This document shows positions 1 to 11,542 of a stretch of 64,000 nt of DNA, piece after piece; within the stretch, counting starts at the first letter, position 1, and every line of letters begins with the position of its first letter. The notes beneath the pieces were generated by a model. It was given only the letters and a program-made list of their open reading frames with translations, searched no databases and was not told the DNA's origin. Source of the stretch: Dendrobates tinctorius (taxonomy: Eukaryota); contig NW_027361872.1 in NCBI RefSeq assembly GCF_039654945.1, positions 4,712,001-4,776,000 on the forward strand, read 5' to 3'. The position numbers and the translations under genes are program-made.

Positions 1-303
1 AGTCCCAGCAGTTGGACCGCCACTGATCTGCAAGTTATCTCCTATTTTGTAATTTACAAATGCAAAATCAGAAAATAAGGGAAGAGCAATATAGTCTCTT
101 GTCTCATGACTCGGAGCACTTCTGGGGCCTGTTGTAGGGAACAATCAAATAATTGTGCATCTTTCTAGTACACACTGTTTGATTTCTTTGCAGATTCCAA
201 GATCTTGGAGACATAATTCAAAGCTGCTGGGCCCCAATGCAAAGACACTAAGCGGCCCCCCCACTTACCTTTGAAACTATTGACACTAGAGCACGCAGTC
301 TAA

Positions 304-801
304 GGCTGGTTTCACATTAGCGCTTTTTAAGCGCACGCACGGCCGGGGGTAGCTCCGCCCCCGAGCCGGCTCTCTGCCCGGCGTGCCCGCCCCTTGCTTG
401 TAGCGCCGCCTCCTAGCGGACAGCGGCGCCTGCGATCGGCGCAACCTATCTTTAGCATAGGGTGCGCAGATCGTGCGCAGGCCGTGCGCTAGTTGCGCTT
501 TGACCTGCGCTGCGCACTTTTGACGGTGCGCCGTGCGCGCCAAAATCGAACTTTTCGGATTTTGGCGCGCACGGCGCACCGTCAAAAGTGCGCAGCGCAG
601 GTCAAAGCGCAACTAGCGCACGGCCTGCGCACGATCTGCGCACCCTATGCTAAAGATAGGGTGCGCCGATCGCAGGCGCCGCTGTCCGCTAGGAGGCGGC
701 GCTACAAGCAAGGGGCGGGCACGCCGGGCAGAGAGCCGGCTCGGGGGCGGAGCTACCCCCGGCCGTGCGTGCGCTTAAAAAGCGCTAATGTGAAACCAGC
801 C
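304..801. mobile_element. Harbinger-type MITE, near-perfect 498-bp palindrome
   Basis: Arms 304-547 and 558-801 (244 bp each, one mismatch seen), 10-bp loop; TIR GGCTGGTTTCACA; TAA target duplication at 301-303 and 802-804. Confidence 0.9.
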
Positions 802-979
802 TAAAATGCATGAAATAACCCACTTAGAAGGTCTCTGTGTTTTTACTACAGCGGTAACGTCGCGTCTACAGTGTCACTGCCCTAATCGGTCACTGAACTC
901 AGTGTTTGGGTGCTGAAGTTGACGGCACGAGAGGTTGAGCTCAGTCACTAGTTGGCTAGAGTGATGACTCACACTGTTA

Positions 980-1174
980 GGCCACAAGCACACAATGAGC
1001 TTTTGATGACTTTTTCACCCCAGTACTTGTAAGTGAAAGCCAGGAGTGGAACGGTCAGAGAAAAAGCATAATAGAAAGATTTCCACCACTTCTACATTTT
1101 TCACCCACTCCTGGTTTTGGCTTACAAATATTGGGGTAAAACACTCCCCAAATACTGAATGTGTGCATGTGGCC
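980..1174. mobile_element. Harbinger-type MITE nested in an older inverted-repeat element (~835-1208)
   Basis: TIR GGCCACA(A/T)GCACAC, TTA TSD on both sides; the flanks ctgtgtttttactacagcggtaacgtc and gatgttatcgctgtagccaaaacacgg form a degenerate inverted repeat. Confidence 0.8.
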
Positions 1175-1698
1175 TTAGTGTGATGTTATCGCTGTAGCCA
1201 AAACACGGGGATTGATAAAGAAGTGAAAGGGAAGGTACCTGATGAGTTTATTTCATGTAACTTACACAGTTAGGCCTCTTTCACACATCAGGTTTTTGGC
1301 GTCAGGCGCGATCCGGCGCTTTTGACTAAAACCGGATCCGGCGAAATGCAATGCCGGATCCGGTTCCCCCCCCATTGACTTGCATTAGAGCCGGATCGAG
1401 CCGGATGGCCATGCGTTTCATCCGATTTTCGCCGGATCCGGCAATGTGACGCGATCCGGCGTCTGGAAAAAACGGCTACTGTAACGTTTTTTGTCTCCGG
1501 CGAAAAAGCCGGACACGCCGGATCCAGCGTGTCCGGCTTTTTCATACAATGAAAGCCTATGAGCGCAGCAATACGCCTGATCCGGCGACAGCCGGATCCG
1601 GCGGCCGGATCCGGTTTCTTTGGTCTGAGCATGCTCAGTAGCTCTGCCCACAAGACATATATAAAAGCAAGACAGTGGGACCCTCAGCCACACCCAAC

Positions 1699-4309
1699 AT
1701 GCCACCCAAGCCAAGAACCAGGAGCAGGAGAAGGCAGCAGACATCTGCAGCAGCAGCACCATCAGCACCACCCCAAATGGAGCAGCATGCTGAACAACGG
1801 GAGGGGAGTCCAGCAGCAGATGAGAGACGGTAATTATCAAATCCCCCATTCCTCCAAACTAGGGCTATGGAATATCAAGATATTCATTGGCCCTTTGTTT
1901 CTCTTTATTCAACAGCCGCCCAATAGATGCAGCAGCAGCAGCAGCAATGGCAGCAGCAGAAACACCACCCACAGCCATGGAGTCTGGCCATGAGGAAGAC
2001 AGCACATCTTCTTCTGGGAGCCCTCCCTCGCATCGTCAGCGTTTGACGGTAAGTTTTTATTTCCAAAATCCATCATCTCTGTAATATATGTGTATTCATT
2101 GCCTTTTATTTCAAAACAGGAATCACAAGATGAAGAGGAGCTCCCAGAAGAAGAAGGAAGGGGTGGACAGACACTTGGAGTGGGCTCACAATTGGTAAGT
2201 TTTTTGCATCAAACGCAGAAACACAACATCACACTACACACAACACATAGAAAACAATGTTCTGCAGACCACACACAGCAAACAAATGCCTACATCCAAA
2301 GACATAACATTTTTTGTTTTCTTCTCTAGTCTTCCCAATCTGGTGCTCGGCCAAGAGGTCCTCGCAGTGCCTCCCAGGGTCGTCGGCGACAGCAACGCGG
2401 CGGTCACCAGCGTGTAAGTATAAATATTTTTGCTTTGTTTTTTTTGCACTTTTTATTTCATTTCTTTTGTGGAGGCTAATTATGTTATTTTTGTCTTTTT
2501 CTTTAACAGCCTTCACAACGTGCTCCCGACTCTGACGGTGAGGATGGAGGGATTGATGTGGACCGCCTCATCGATCTCGTCAGAGAAAGGGAGCCGCTCT
2601 GGAATATGGCTGACCGCCGCCACGCTGACCTGATCGTTACCCGACGACTCTGGGAGGAAATCTGTTCGCTCCTTGTGGACCGCTGGGAGGACCTCGAAGC
2701 TCGGGCCCAGATTAAAGAGCGTAAGTATATACAGTACTGGTTGCTTGATTTAAACCAGTGTTTCCCGAACTCCAGTCCTCGTGGTCCCCACGGATCATGT
2801 GTTCAGGATTTCTATTTACTTTGGAAATCCTGAAAACATGACCCCTGGGGACCATGAGGACTGGAGTTTGGGAAACACTGATGTTGTATACTAACCACTT
2901 TGTCCTTTCTCGTTTCAGGGGAGAGAATTGTGAAGCGGTGGCGGTCTGTGAGGGATCGTTTCAAGCAGGAGTTCAATAAAGAGATGCGGGCCCCGAGTGG
3001 ATCTGGAGGACGCAGGAGCAAGTACAAGTACGCACGAGCCCTGTCGTTCCTCCGGGAGACAATGCTCACCAGAAGGTAAATATTACACACCACATGTGAC
3101 CAAAAAATGTTTAGATGTAACTTTTTTTTTTCAGCCAGGGCCATACCATGTCACTATTTTAATTGTTTTTTTTTCTCTTTATTCCACAGCACGGTGAGCA
3201 GCACTCGGGAGCCTGCACGATTAGACCCTTCTGAGGCGATCCCTGAGGAGACCGGCACCGAGGGACACTTCGACCGCCCCGGTACATCTGCACCTTCCCA
3301 GCCTTCCCACACATTCGACCCATCTGTCCCATCCACCAGCACAGGAGCATCGTGGCCGCCTACATTACATGAAGCTGCTGGTGAGGAGATCGCTTTCCCT
3401 TTACCCCACACTTCTGCCCCTGCCACCTCTAGTACACCTGCGGGTACTGGGCGGCAGCGGCAGAGGGGTCAGGAAAAGAGTTATGCGCCAGAGTTCTTGC
3501 ATCTGAATGCATCTTTCCAGAACTGTCTAAAAGTCTTGTCAGAGCAAATCTCCGCAGGCTTTCAGCAGATCAACTCCAGCATTCTGGAGGTGAAGACACT
3601 TCTGCAAACCATGCATTCAGAAGCAAGATCTTCGCCAAACCACACCTTTTTCAGGTCTGTTGTGGAGCGCATGGCAACACTATCTCCTACCCAGCAGATG
3701 CATGTAATGCATTCGTGCCACGGTGCTCTACAGCAGGTTACCTCTCAACCTCCACCTCCCACCACTGTAGTTCCTCCACCTGCACCCCCTCCAGCCACTT
3801 TCCATCCTCCCCCTCCTATTACATCTGCACCCCCTCCAGCCACTTTCCATCCTCCCCCTCCTATTACATCTGCACCCCCTCCAGCCACTTTCCATCCTCC
3901 CCCTCCTATTACATACCAGCAACCTCCCCAGTACCAGCAACCTCCCCAGTACCAGCAACCTCCCCAGTACCAGACATCTCCCCACTTCCAGCAACCTGCC
4001 CCGTACCAAACTCCTTCCCCGTACCAAACTCCTTCCCCGTACCAAACTCCTTCCCCGTACCAAACTCCTTCCCCATACAACTTTCCATCAACATCATCTG
4101 CTCCTACAGTCCCTGCCCAACCCTCCACTCCACCACCCACCACTTCTTCTGCCTCCCACATGTCCACCCATTCTGTAGCTTTTTCCACACCATCACCTCT
4201 AACTGTTCCTTCCCCACCACGATCCCAATCCTCTCTCCACACTCCCAGTGTCGAAGTGTCCCGCAGCCCCTCCAGCAGTATTTCCACCCCACACTACACA
4301 GATTTATGA
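1699..4309 (+). CDS. Harbinger Myb/SANT-like (MADF) DNA-binding protein with BESS-like motif and Pro/Gln/Tyr repeat tail, ~636 aa, 7 exons
   Basis: Exons 1699-1829, 1916-2048, 2120-2194, 2330-2413, 2510-2720, 2919-3075, 3190-4309; all GT-AG and frame-consistent (1911 nt). MADF-like LIDLVREREPLWN...LWEEI...VKRWRSVRDRF...ALSFL; BESS-like NHTFFRSVVERMATLSPTQQMHV; TATA ~1660; AATAAA at 4320. Confidence 0.85.
2757..2880. mobile_element. Small hAT-type MITE inside intron 5 of the Harbinger MADF gene
   Basis: TIR CAGTGTTTCCC(G/A)AACTCCAGTCCTC; same family as the MITE at 28881-29034. Confidence 0.8.
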
Positions 4310-4804
4310 TGTGTTTTGTAATAAAAATGCCCAGTTTTTTTTCAAACCTTTATTAAAAAAGTTTTTTTAACTTTAAAAACAGTTTACAAACAAAAAAATA
4401 TTTTAAATAAAAGTTAAATTATTGTTTACACTGGTTGTCTGTCATTTCTTTCTGCGGCGAAATATGTTTAAAAAAAAGGTTAAATAAAGGGTATTTAAAA
4501 GGTAAAAAGGTATTCAAAACCAGGTATATAACTATGGGTAAATTTTAGCTTTTTGCCACAGTTGTTCCTGGTTGTGTTTGAAGCAAAGTATTTCACCTAA
4601 AAAGTTGTGTTTATTGTTGGTGATTTCATAACAATGTACACAACTTTTGTTAAAAGGTGAAATACTTTGCATAAAACACAACCAGGTACACACCTGTGGC
4701 CTAAAGCTAAAAATAGAGACCATGACAAGATAGCCAACTTTGGTTGGCAAAGGTATATACTGTTGGTACAGAAAGTACACAAGTTTGGTTAGGGCACAAA
4801 TCTT

Positions 4805-6187
4805 TCAAACTCTGTCATCCTGCCAGTGTACTCTGCCTTGAGGTGACATAAAGTATAGTGCAAAATTGTCCCTCATTACTGAAACCGTCACAGAACTTCT
4901 AGTGGTAATGTCATGGTAATCTTGCAAGGTGGTTTCTTCAGAGGTGTCCTCAATGGAAATGGGTTCCTTGCAGATAACAAAATTGTGGAGTACCACGCAA
5001 GCTTTGATCACCTCGTCAACAGTTTCTGTCTTGAGGTTGATCGCAGTCAATAGGACCCGCCATTTGGCTGTCAGAATACCAAAGGTACATTCAACCATTC
5101 TTCTTGCTCTTGTGAGGCGGTAATTAAAAATGCGTTTTGGTCTTGTCAATCCTCTGCTAGAGTATGGTTTCAAAAGGTGTTCTGACAGCTGGAAGGCTTC
5201 ATCCCCTACACAGACAAATGGCATAGGTGGACCAGATGTTTGCGGCAGCGGTCTAGGGGGTGGGAACTGGAAGGTGTTTCCATACAGTTTACGCCCCATG
5301 GCAGACAGTTTGAAAACTTGAGAGTCATTGGAGCGGCCATAGGCCCCAATATCCACAGCAATAAATTTGTATTCCGCGTCAGCGATGGCCATGAGGACAA
5401 TTGAAAAATATTTCTTGTAAGTGAAATATTCCGATCCCGATCCGGCTGGCTTTACAATGCGGATATGTTTCCCGTCCACAGCGCCCAAGCAGTTGGGAAA
5501 CTGACATATCTGTTGAAACTTGTCAGCAATTTCAATCCACCTCTCTGTTTTGGGCTCTGGTAAAAACTCTTCAGCTAAGGAGTCCCACAGTGCACGGCAT
5601 GTGTACTTCACTATTCCTGATATGGTGGAAATCCCGAGTCTGTACTGGAAATGCAGTGACGAAAGGGATTCTCCAGTTGCAAGAAATCTGTGGGGAATTA
5701 AAAAACAATCAATTAGTTTAAAATCACAGCATTACATACCAAAACTCAGCTATAACACTTGGAGATACAAACTACCACCAACAAGATTGCAGTGAAAGTG
5801 TGCTCTTATGCGATCACATCCAATAAATGTGGCTTACCTTAAAGTCACCATCAGACGCTCTGCGGGTGAAACAGAGAAGCGGCAATAGGTGTCCGCTTTT
5901 CTTATGAGGTGTGCAATGCGCTCCACCAAGTAATCAAAATTCTCCATTTTCATCCGAACATATCCAAAAAATGTATCCGGGTTTCGTCGAAGGTCCATGC
6001 AGAGTGTAGAATAGACCCCACGCGTCATTCTCTTGGCTGTGATGGGGTGGATCCACAAACGTCGTCTACGATGCCTGATGCGCTGCTGTCTCGCTCTCTT
6101 CTTCTCCAGAACAATCACCCTCAAACGATTCGCCTCCGCTATAAAATCCGCCAAATTCTTCAAAATATTTCCAATCACAACATCCAT
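4805..6187 (-). CDS. Harbinger transposase (HARBI1-like DDE_Tnp_4), ~410 aa, 2 exons
   Basis: Exon 1 6187-5838 (MDVVIGN...LMVTLR), intron 5837-5688 (GTAAG...CAG), exon 2 5687-4805 (FLATGES...). Catalytic motifs GAVDGKHI, VGDEAF, RRMVECTFG; no stops; TATA ~6270. Confidence 0.92.
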
Positions 6188-7706
6188 CTTCGCCAGTAAC
6201 TTGCTCTTCTCTCCAACTTGCACTTTCTCCTCGACAACCTGTCAAAGAAGGGCTGTAGGAACACTCTATATATAGTTTTCCAGTAGCCAATCCCGTTCGG
6301 AAGGCCACAAGGGTCAATTTTAAAAACCGGATCCGGCGTAATCCGTCGAAAAACGGATAGAAAAACGGATGAACCGGATGAGACGGATCCGGTTTTGTCT
6401 GTCAAGAACAAGACGGATCCGGCAGAAAACCGGATCCGTCACATCCGGTTTTACTAAACATTTGCCGGATCCGGCGTTCCGGCACGACGCCGGATCGCGC
6501 CTGACGCCGAAAACCTGATGTGTGAAAGTAGCCTTAGAGAGCTACTTTACTGAAAGTGGACAACCCCTTTAAGCTTCGCGTAACTCAAGAATCCAGGTAC
6601 ATTTTCCACCTCTGCTTTAGCTATACCCCTGCTTGCAGTCAGTTATCATCTGGAAGTAGACAATGGAGGTTAACAATCTGCCTCGGCCAGTGGATGGACA
6701 CAGTGACAGTGCATCAAAGCTTTCTCACATACAGGCAGTTGTCTTGTGTGGGAATAAGAGGAAAAGACGTCATTCTCCGACAGCAAGCGAGACTTCTGCA
6801 GAACTGACACGTAACTGGAAAATTGCACAACTTTTTAATAGACAATTAATAAGTTTATTTGAAGTTGGAAAGTGATGTGAAATAATAAGAGGTTTTATGG
6901 CTGCTCAACAAATGTTTCCAGAATGAAGACATGTCAGGTGCATAGTAAAAGCTGAGACGTTCGCAGCTATTAAGTAGCAGAGATCTCTTTGGCTCGGAAG
7001 ACTATTGTTGCTTTACAAGTTTATGCTTCGGTGAAGATGATGATTTTATAGGTTGGGCCATGAAAAGTTATCACAACCTCACAGGCGACTTTATCTTTGG
7101 AAAGATGACAAAATTCCGAACTCTGAAACCTATTAATGGTGTGAGCTGGGTTTTTACGACACCTTCCAAGTGGATAGTAAAGTCATTAATGTAGATTTTC
7201 TACACCTCCTTTCTTTCATGCTTGATAATGGAGAGCTTCTAATTTTGCCAAATTGATGAATTGCGTTTGGTACCTTGATAATGTGTTCTGTACCGATACG
7301 GTTGTGAGGTGAGGAGAGGTGATGTTGCCGTTGGCAGTGTATGGCATCATAACGCACATTGCTGAAAAATACTACAGTAATTGAACACTTGCGCACACCG
7401 GATACTGCCAAGTCAACTGAAGGGTTTGACCAATCTCCAAAGAAAAGTCTGCCGTTACTCAATATTCCTCGTGTGGATGGGCACATGTATGTGACTTACA
7501 TGCTTGAGTATGTAAATCTCCTACAAGTGGTCATGTGAGTGGTCTTCTGAGATTGGACAACACCACTGACAGCAGGTGGGAGCGAGTCGGAGAGTTAGTT
7601 GCTCACCAGGATGGGATGTTTGCGGCACAACCATGTGGAAGAATAGTGTAAATGCTAGACGTGGCAGCTCCGGCAGCTGCGTTCACACCATGAAATGGAG
7701 GACTTG

Positions 7707-7988
7707 AGATAGGGTGCAGTGGATCCTGGGTGAGGTCGCTAACAAAAGTATTTCCAGGTGGTGAGCGTAAAATATTTTCCAAGTTTATTTATGCAACATG
7801 TTTCGGAGTAGATTCTACTCCTTCCTCAGGTAACAAGTAGAATCTGCTGTGAAAGGAAGGAGCAGAACGAGGAAGAAGTTGAATATGCTCCGAAAAGCGT
7901 TGCATAAATAAACTTGTCAAATATTTTACCTCACCACTTGGAAATACTTTTGTAAGCCGTGGCACCTGGGATTCACGACCCTCTATCT
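7707..7988. repeat. Penelope-like inverted pseudo-LTR pair with minimal hammerhead motif
   Basis: Inverted arms ~7742-7830 and ~7869-7953; minus strand 7830-7794 CUGAGGA-a-GGAGUAG-aau-CUACUCC-GAAA-CAUG-UU. Confidence 0.6.
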
Positions 7989-8893
7989 TTCCTCAACACG
8001 TTCAATAAGGAATCGTTAGTGATTGTGGATCAGTGTCACCGACTTTGGTGCAAATAAAAGTGACAACAGGAGCACTGGAGAGATAAAAACAAAACAAGCC
8101 ACAAATAGGGAATGGTTTTGCAAGTGGTGACCACCGACACTTACTCTCTAATTATCCTTCTCGATAGCTCCCTTCCAGCTCCTCCAGGATGGCACAAGAC
8201 GGTTTGCTGCGTCACGGTACTGTCTCAAGAGCATGGAGCAGATACCACTACATGGGTCGTTAGTTACACAAGGTGAATCGGACAGGGCTGTAGAAGAGCA
8301 TCAACCCAGTAGCTGGGTTACATTTTTTATTTTGACTTTTGGGATAATTTGGAATTCATAAATCAGTTGTTCGATGATTTTGCTCTCCATTGACCGCTAA
8401 TTTGTCATTTTGTTTTCAAGGAATTGCACAATTTATATCAGTAAATATTATTTTCAACTGGAATCTTTCCCTCATCAAGATATGATGTGTGATTTCAGTG
8501 TTCCCTTAAAGGGAACTTGTTACTTGAAAAAATAATATTAAATTAAGCTGCAAATAAGATGTTAATTTGCAGGTTAATAGCGTTCGGAACCTACCTGGTG
8601 CTGGCACTTAGAACCCTGCTGCCGCAAGGAAAGCAACATTATTCTCCTTGGCAGCGTTTTGCGTTCATTCATTGGGTTGGCGCTGCCATGGTTTCAGTCA
8701 CAGCTCTGTGTATAGAGAGCGGCGGCTATGACCACTTAGCACTGACTGACAGCAGGTTCAGCATTAGGGTAGGGCCGGCTATCAGTCAGTGCCAGGGGCA
8801 CGGTTGCAGCTGCCACTATATAAATGTAATGTCCAGCTCAAAGAAAGGGAGTGCAAGAGACTAAAGTAACACCATCCACAGCTGTTCACGGGT

Positions 8894-9232
8894 CCTGCTC
8901 AGCCCTTATTCACATTGAAGCTTTATTTGACACATGGTAAGGTTTTAATACTGGAGGTTAGGACCATCTCGATTGGGGTACACCTTGTTGTTGGTGAGAT
9001 GGCTTTTACACTTTTTTTTTTATTTATAGGCACTGTTGCTTTATTTAAGTATTTATATTACATTTATATAGCTGTCTATTGCTGGATGTGCACAGTTGGG
9101 CCCCAGTCCTGCTCGGCCCTTATTCACACCGAGGTCATTTTTGACACATGGTAAGGTTTTAATACTAGAGGGTAGGACCTTCCTGATTGGGTACACCTTA
9201 TTGTTGGTGGGATGGCTTTTATACATTTTTTT
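8894..9232. repeat. Direct tandem duplication, ~125-bp unit
   Basis: cctgctc(a/g)gcccttattcac...gatggctttta occurs at ~8894 and ~9108. Confidence 0.7.
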
Positions 9233-9310
9233 AATCAAACACAGTGAATACTAAGTACCCCAAGTTAGTTATATACAGTATTGATTTTTGTTTACTTTAT
9301 TAATATTAGT

Positions 9311-10740
9311 TCTTGAGCCATGGCGACTTGATGGATGAACACTGTAGGAAGACCGATTTTATGCAAGCTGTTATGATTGAGTCACCGAGGAGGAAAAAAA
9401 ACAAAACACAAGCTCAGCCCAGAAAATCAGAGAGGTTGGAAACTAGCGGATTGCAGACCCCTGATACTATCACACAACTAGCAGTAGCCGTGGAGTGTTC
9501 CTTTGGTGATCCTAGACACCTCGTCACAGCCGGAGATCTAAATAAGCCTAAAGAGAGAAAAGGGAAAAACTGACTGCCCCAGAGCAGACCACAAAGCAAT
9601 AGGCAGCCCCCAACATATAATGACGGTGAAACGAGATGAAAACACTAACACAGATAGAAAGATAGGTTGAGCAAACAATGGGGCCCAAGCTAACTAAAAA
9701 GGGCAGGACAGAAAAGCTGCTGTCTGCAATCCGAGAAAACCCTGCTAAAAATATTACAAACACAACTGATAAGCAAAAAGGACCCTGAAGTCACTAGACC
9801 CTATATCAGCACTCAGAATATTCTGGAAGCAGAGCAAAAGAGAACACTGATCAAGGAAAAAGAATCCAGCACACCCCCGGCCGGGGATGGCTGAACTCAA
9901 AAAACAAGGTAAATAAAACCAAAACTAATAAGTTCAATAGCAGAGCAAAAAATTATCTTTGGGAAGCAGGAATCAGACTGGTCTCCAAGAATCCAGCAGA
10001 GAAATCACCAGCGACTCAGAAGGGCGTCGGCTGCCTTATATCCAGTCTGTAGTTCCCGTTACCCAGTCACGATCCACCTGATCAGGTGTTTGGTTTCTTT
10101 CATCCAAATCATCCTCACTACCTTCCTTCACCAGAAGAGGGAGATCCTCGGACACAAAAGATGAATGAACAGATGAGCTCACAACAGCAAGCCTAGCTGG
10201 GACCACCAGGGTCTTCTCCACCGTTGATTTTATCAAGCCATCGGGTTGCTGATCTTCCTCTTCACCGTCTTCCTTCTATTCTTCCGAACATGATGTCCTT
10301 CTCCAGTGATTGCTGTCTATGATATGTCCAAAGTAGGCAAGTCGTAGCCCAGTGACCCTTGCTTTGAATGACATGTCTTACTTGATTTGTTCAAAAATTG
10401 ATGTGTTTGTTCTTCTTTTCCTCCATGGTATTGATAATATCCTTCTCCAGACCCACATTTTGTCGGTGTTGATTCTGTTTCTGTCTTGTTTTTTTATCAT
10501 CCAGTTTTCGCATCGATATGTTACCACAGAAAAGACCAAACTATGCATGAGTCGTTTGTTCGTCGCCAATGAAATGCTCCGCGATATGAAGACCTTGTCC
10601 AGTGACTTCATTGTTGACTTGTCTATAGCTATTCTACTATTGACGTCCGGTTTTGTTGCTGCATCTTGAGTGATCATTGATCTGACTAGATTAAAGCCTT
10701 TTACAACTTCTAGTTCGTCGACATTCATCTCAGATGTGTC
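9311..10740 (-). mobile_element. RTE-clade LINE 3' fragment, interrupted by a solo LTR
   Basis: ORF 10378-10854 includes TNKRLMHSLVFSVVTYRCENWMIKK...WVWRRILSIPW, the RTE reverse-transcriptase C-terminal signature; the 3' end continues at ~9311-9368. Confidence 0.75.
9369..10186 (-). mobile_element. Solo LTR (Gypsy-type)
   Basis: TGTTATGA...CTCACAACA termini, GCAAGC duplicated on both sides; minus-strand TATAA at ~10040 followed by an imperfect inverted repeat. Confidence 0.7.
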
Positions 10741-11099
10741 CCGGTCATACCTGACAGTCATCAATTTCTTTGTCTTCCTTGTAATTACAAATCTCACTGA
10801 CATATTCCTTACTATGCACAGGTGCCGGCTGGTGAATACTCTCATTAGTGTCACCTGCTCTCGCTGCTATCTGTAGTAGTCATCAGCCGACACCTGACCA
10901 GCGGTAACTTTTTCACCATTGGTCACGTCCACTGGCTCACACTCTCTCCTCTGTATGACAGCATTGGAACCCGCATTGGTCCACGATACCCGTAATTTGC
11001 AGCAGTACCTTTCTGGTACGCAAACCAAACTTTTTTTATCAAGTTCTGTCAAACCCGAGGAACCCAAACATCTATGGATCCACCCATCCCTTGTCCTGA

Positions 11100-11297
11100 G
11101 CTCAAATCCACCAACGACAACATCTGCATGGAGTTTGTATGTTCTCCCCGTGTTTGTGTGGGTTTCCTCCTGGTTATGCTGTTTCCTCCCACACTCCAAA
11201 CACATACTGATAGGTAATTTAGATTGTGAGCCCCATTGGGGACAGTGATGTCTGTAAAGCGCTGCTGAATATGATGGCCCTATATAGGTGAGCATTA
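11100..11297 (+). mobile_element. SINE fragment (second copy at 40230-40377)
   Basis: Shared gtatgttctccccgtgtttg(c/t)gtgggtttcctcc...catactgatagg...tagattgtgagccc; the second copy ends in an (att)n tail. Confidence 0.65.
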
Positions 11298-11356
11298 TGG
11301 TAAAGAAACACTTTCATGCAAAGATTATATTTTAGGATACATAATGTAGAACTTAC

Positions 11357-11542
11357 TCTTTTTGTCTCATATTAGCAAAAGCACAGCAGTGACTGGGATA
11401 CGTTAGTTGTGCTTTCACCAACTTGGTGAGTTTCTCCAGAGCTGGTAATTTCTTCAGGTAATAGGATTTTTCTGCCACTAGAACTTGGATGTATTCCAGT
11501 CCATGGACAGGGAGATGCTCTAATGCTGTAGCCGTTATGTTT
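11357..11542 (-). CDS. LHCGR: LHCGR exon 9 (last LRRs and start of hinge)
   Basis: 186 nt, ttctag/gtaagt; NITATALEHLPVHGLEYIQVLVAEKSYYLKKLPALEKLTKLVKAQLTYPSHCCAFANMRQK, with the diagnostic LTYPSHCCAF. Confidence 0.95.

Larger units (their letters stand above)
1273..6533. mobile_element. Autonomous PIF/Harbinger DNA transposon, apparently intact
   Basis: TTA TSD at 1270-1272 and 6534-6536; ~46-bp TIR GGC(CT/TA)CTTTCACACATCAGGTTTT(T/C)GGCGTCAGGCGCGATCCGGCG; subterminal CCGGATCCGG arrays; two convergent genes. Confidence 0.95.

Noticed and set aside
286-804. Mirror-image 108/103-aa ORFs
   Set aside because: Artefact of the palindromic MITE
7500-7520. 21-nt AG/GT-flanked micro-exon as LHCGR exon 10
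   Set aside because: No similarity to the hinge region and embedded in decayed transposon sequence
10378-10740. Horizontally transferred BovB
   Set aside because: RTE-clade, but too decayed to assign to BovB by eye
11357-11542. FSHR or TSHR as the host gene
   Set aside because: Exons 5, 6 and 8 match LHCGR motifs ([18 protein letters not shown]...MNNES, GATGP) much better
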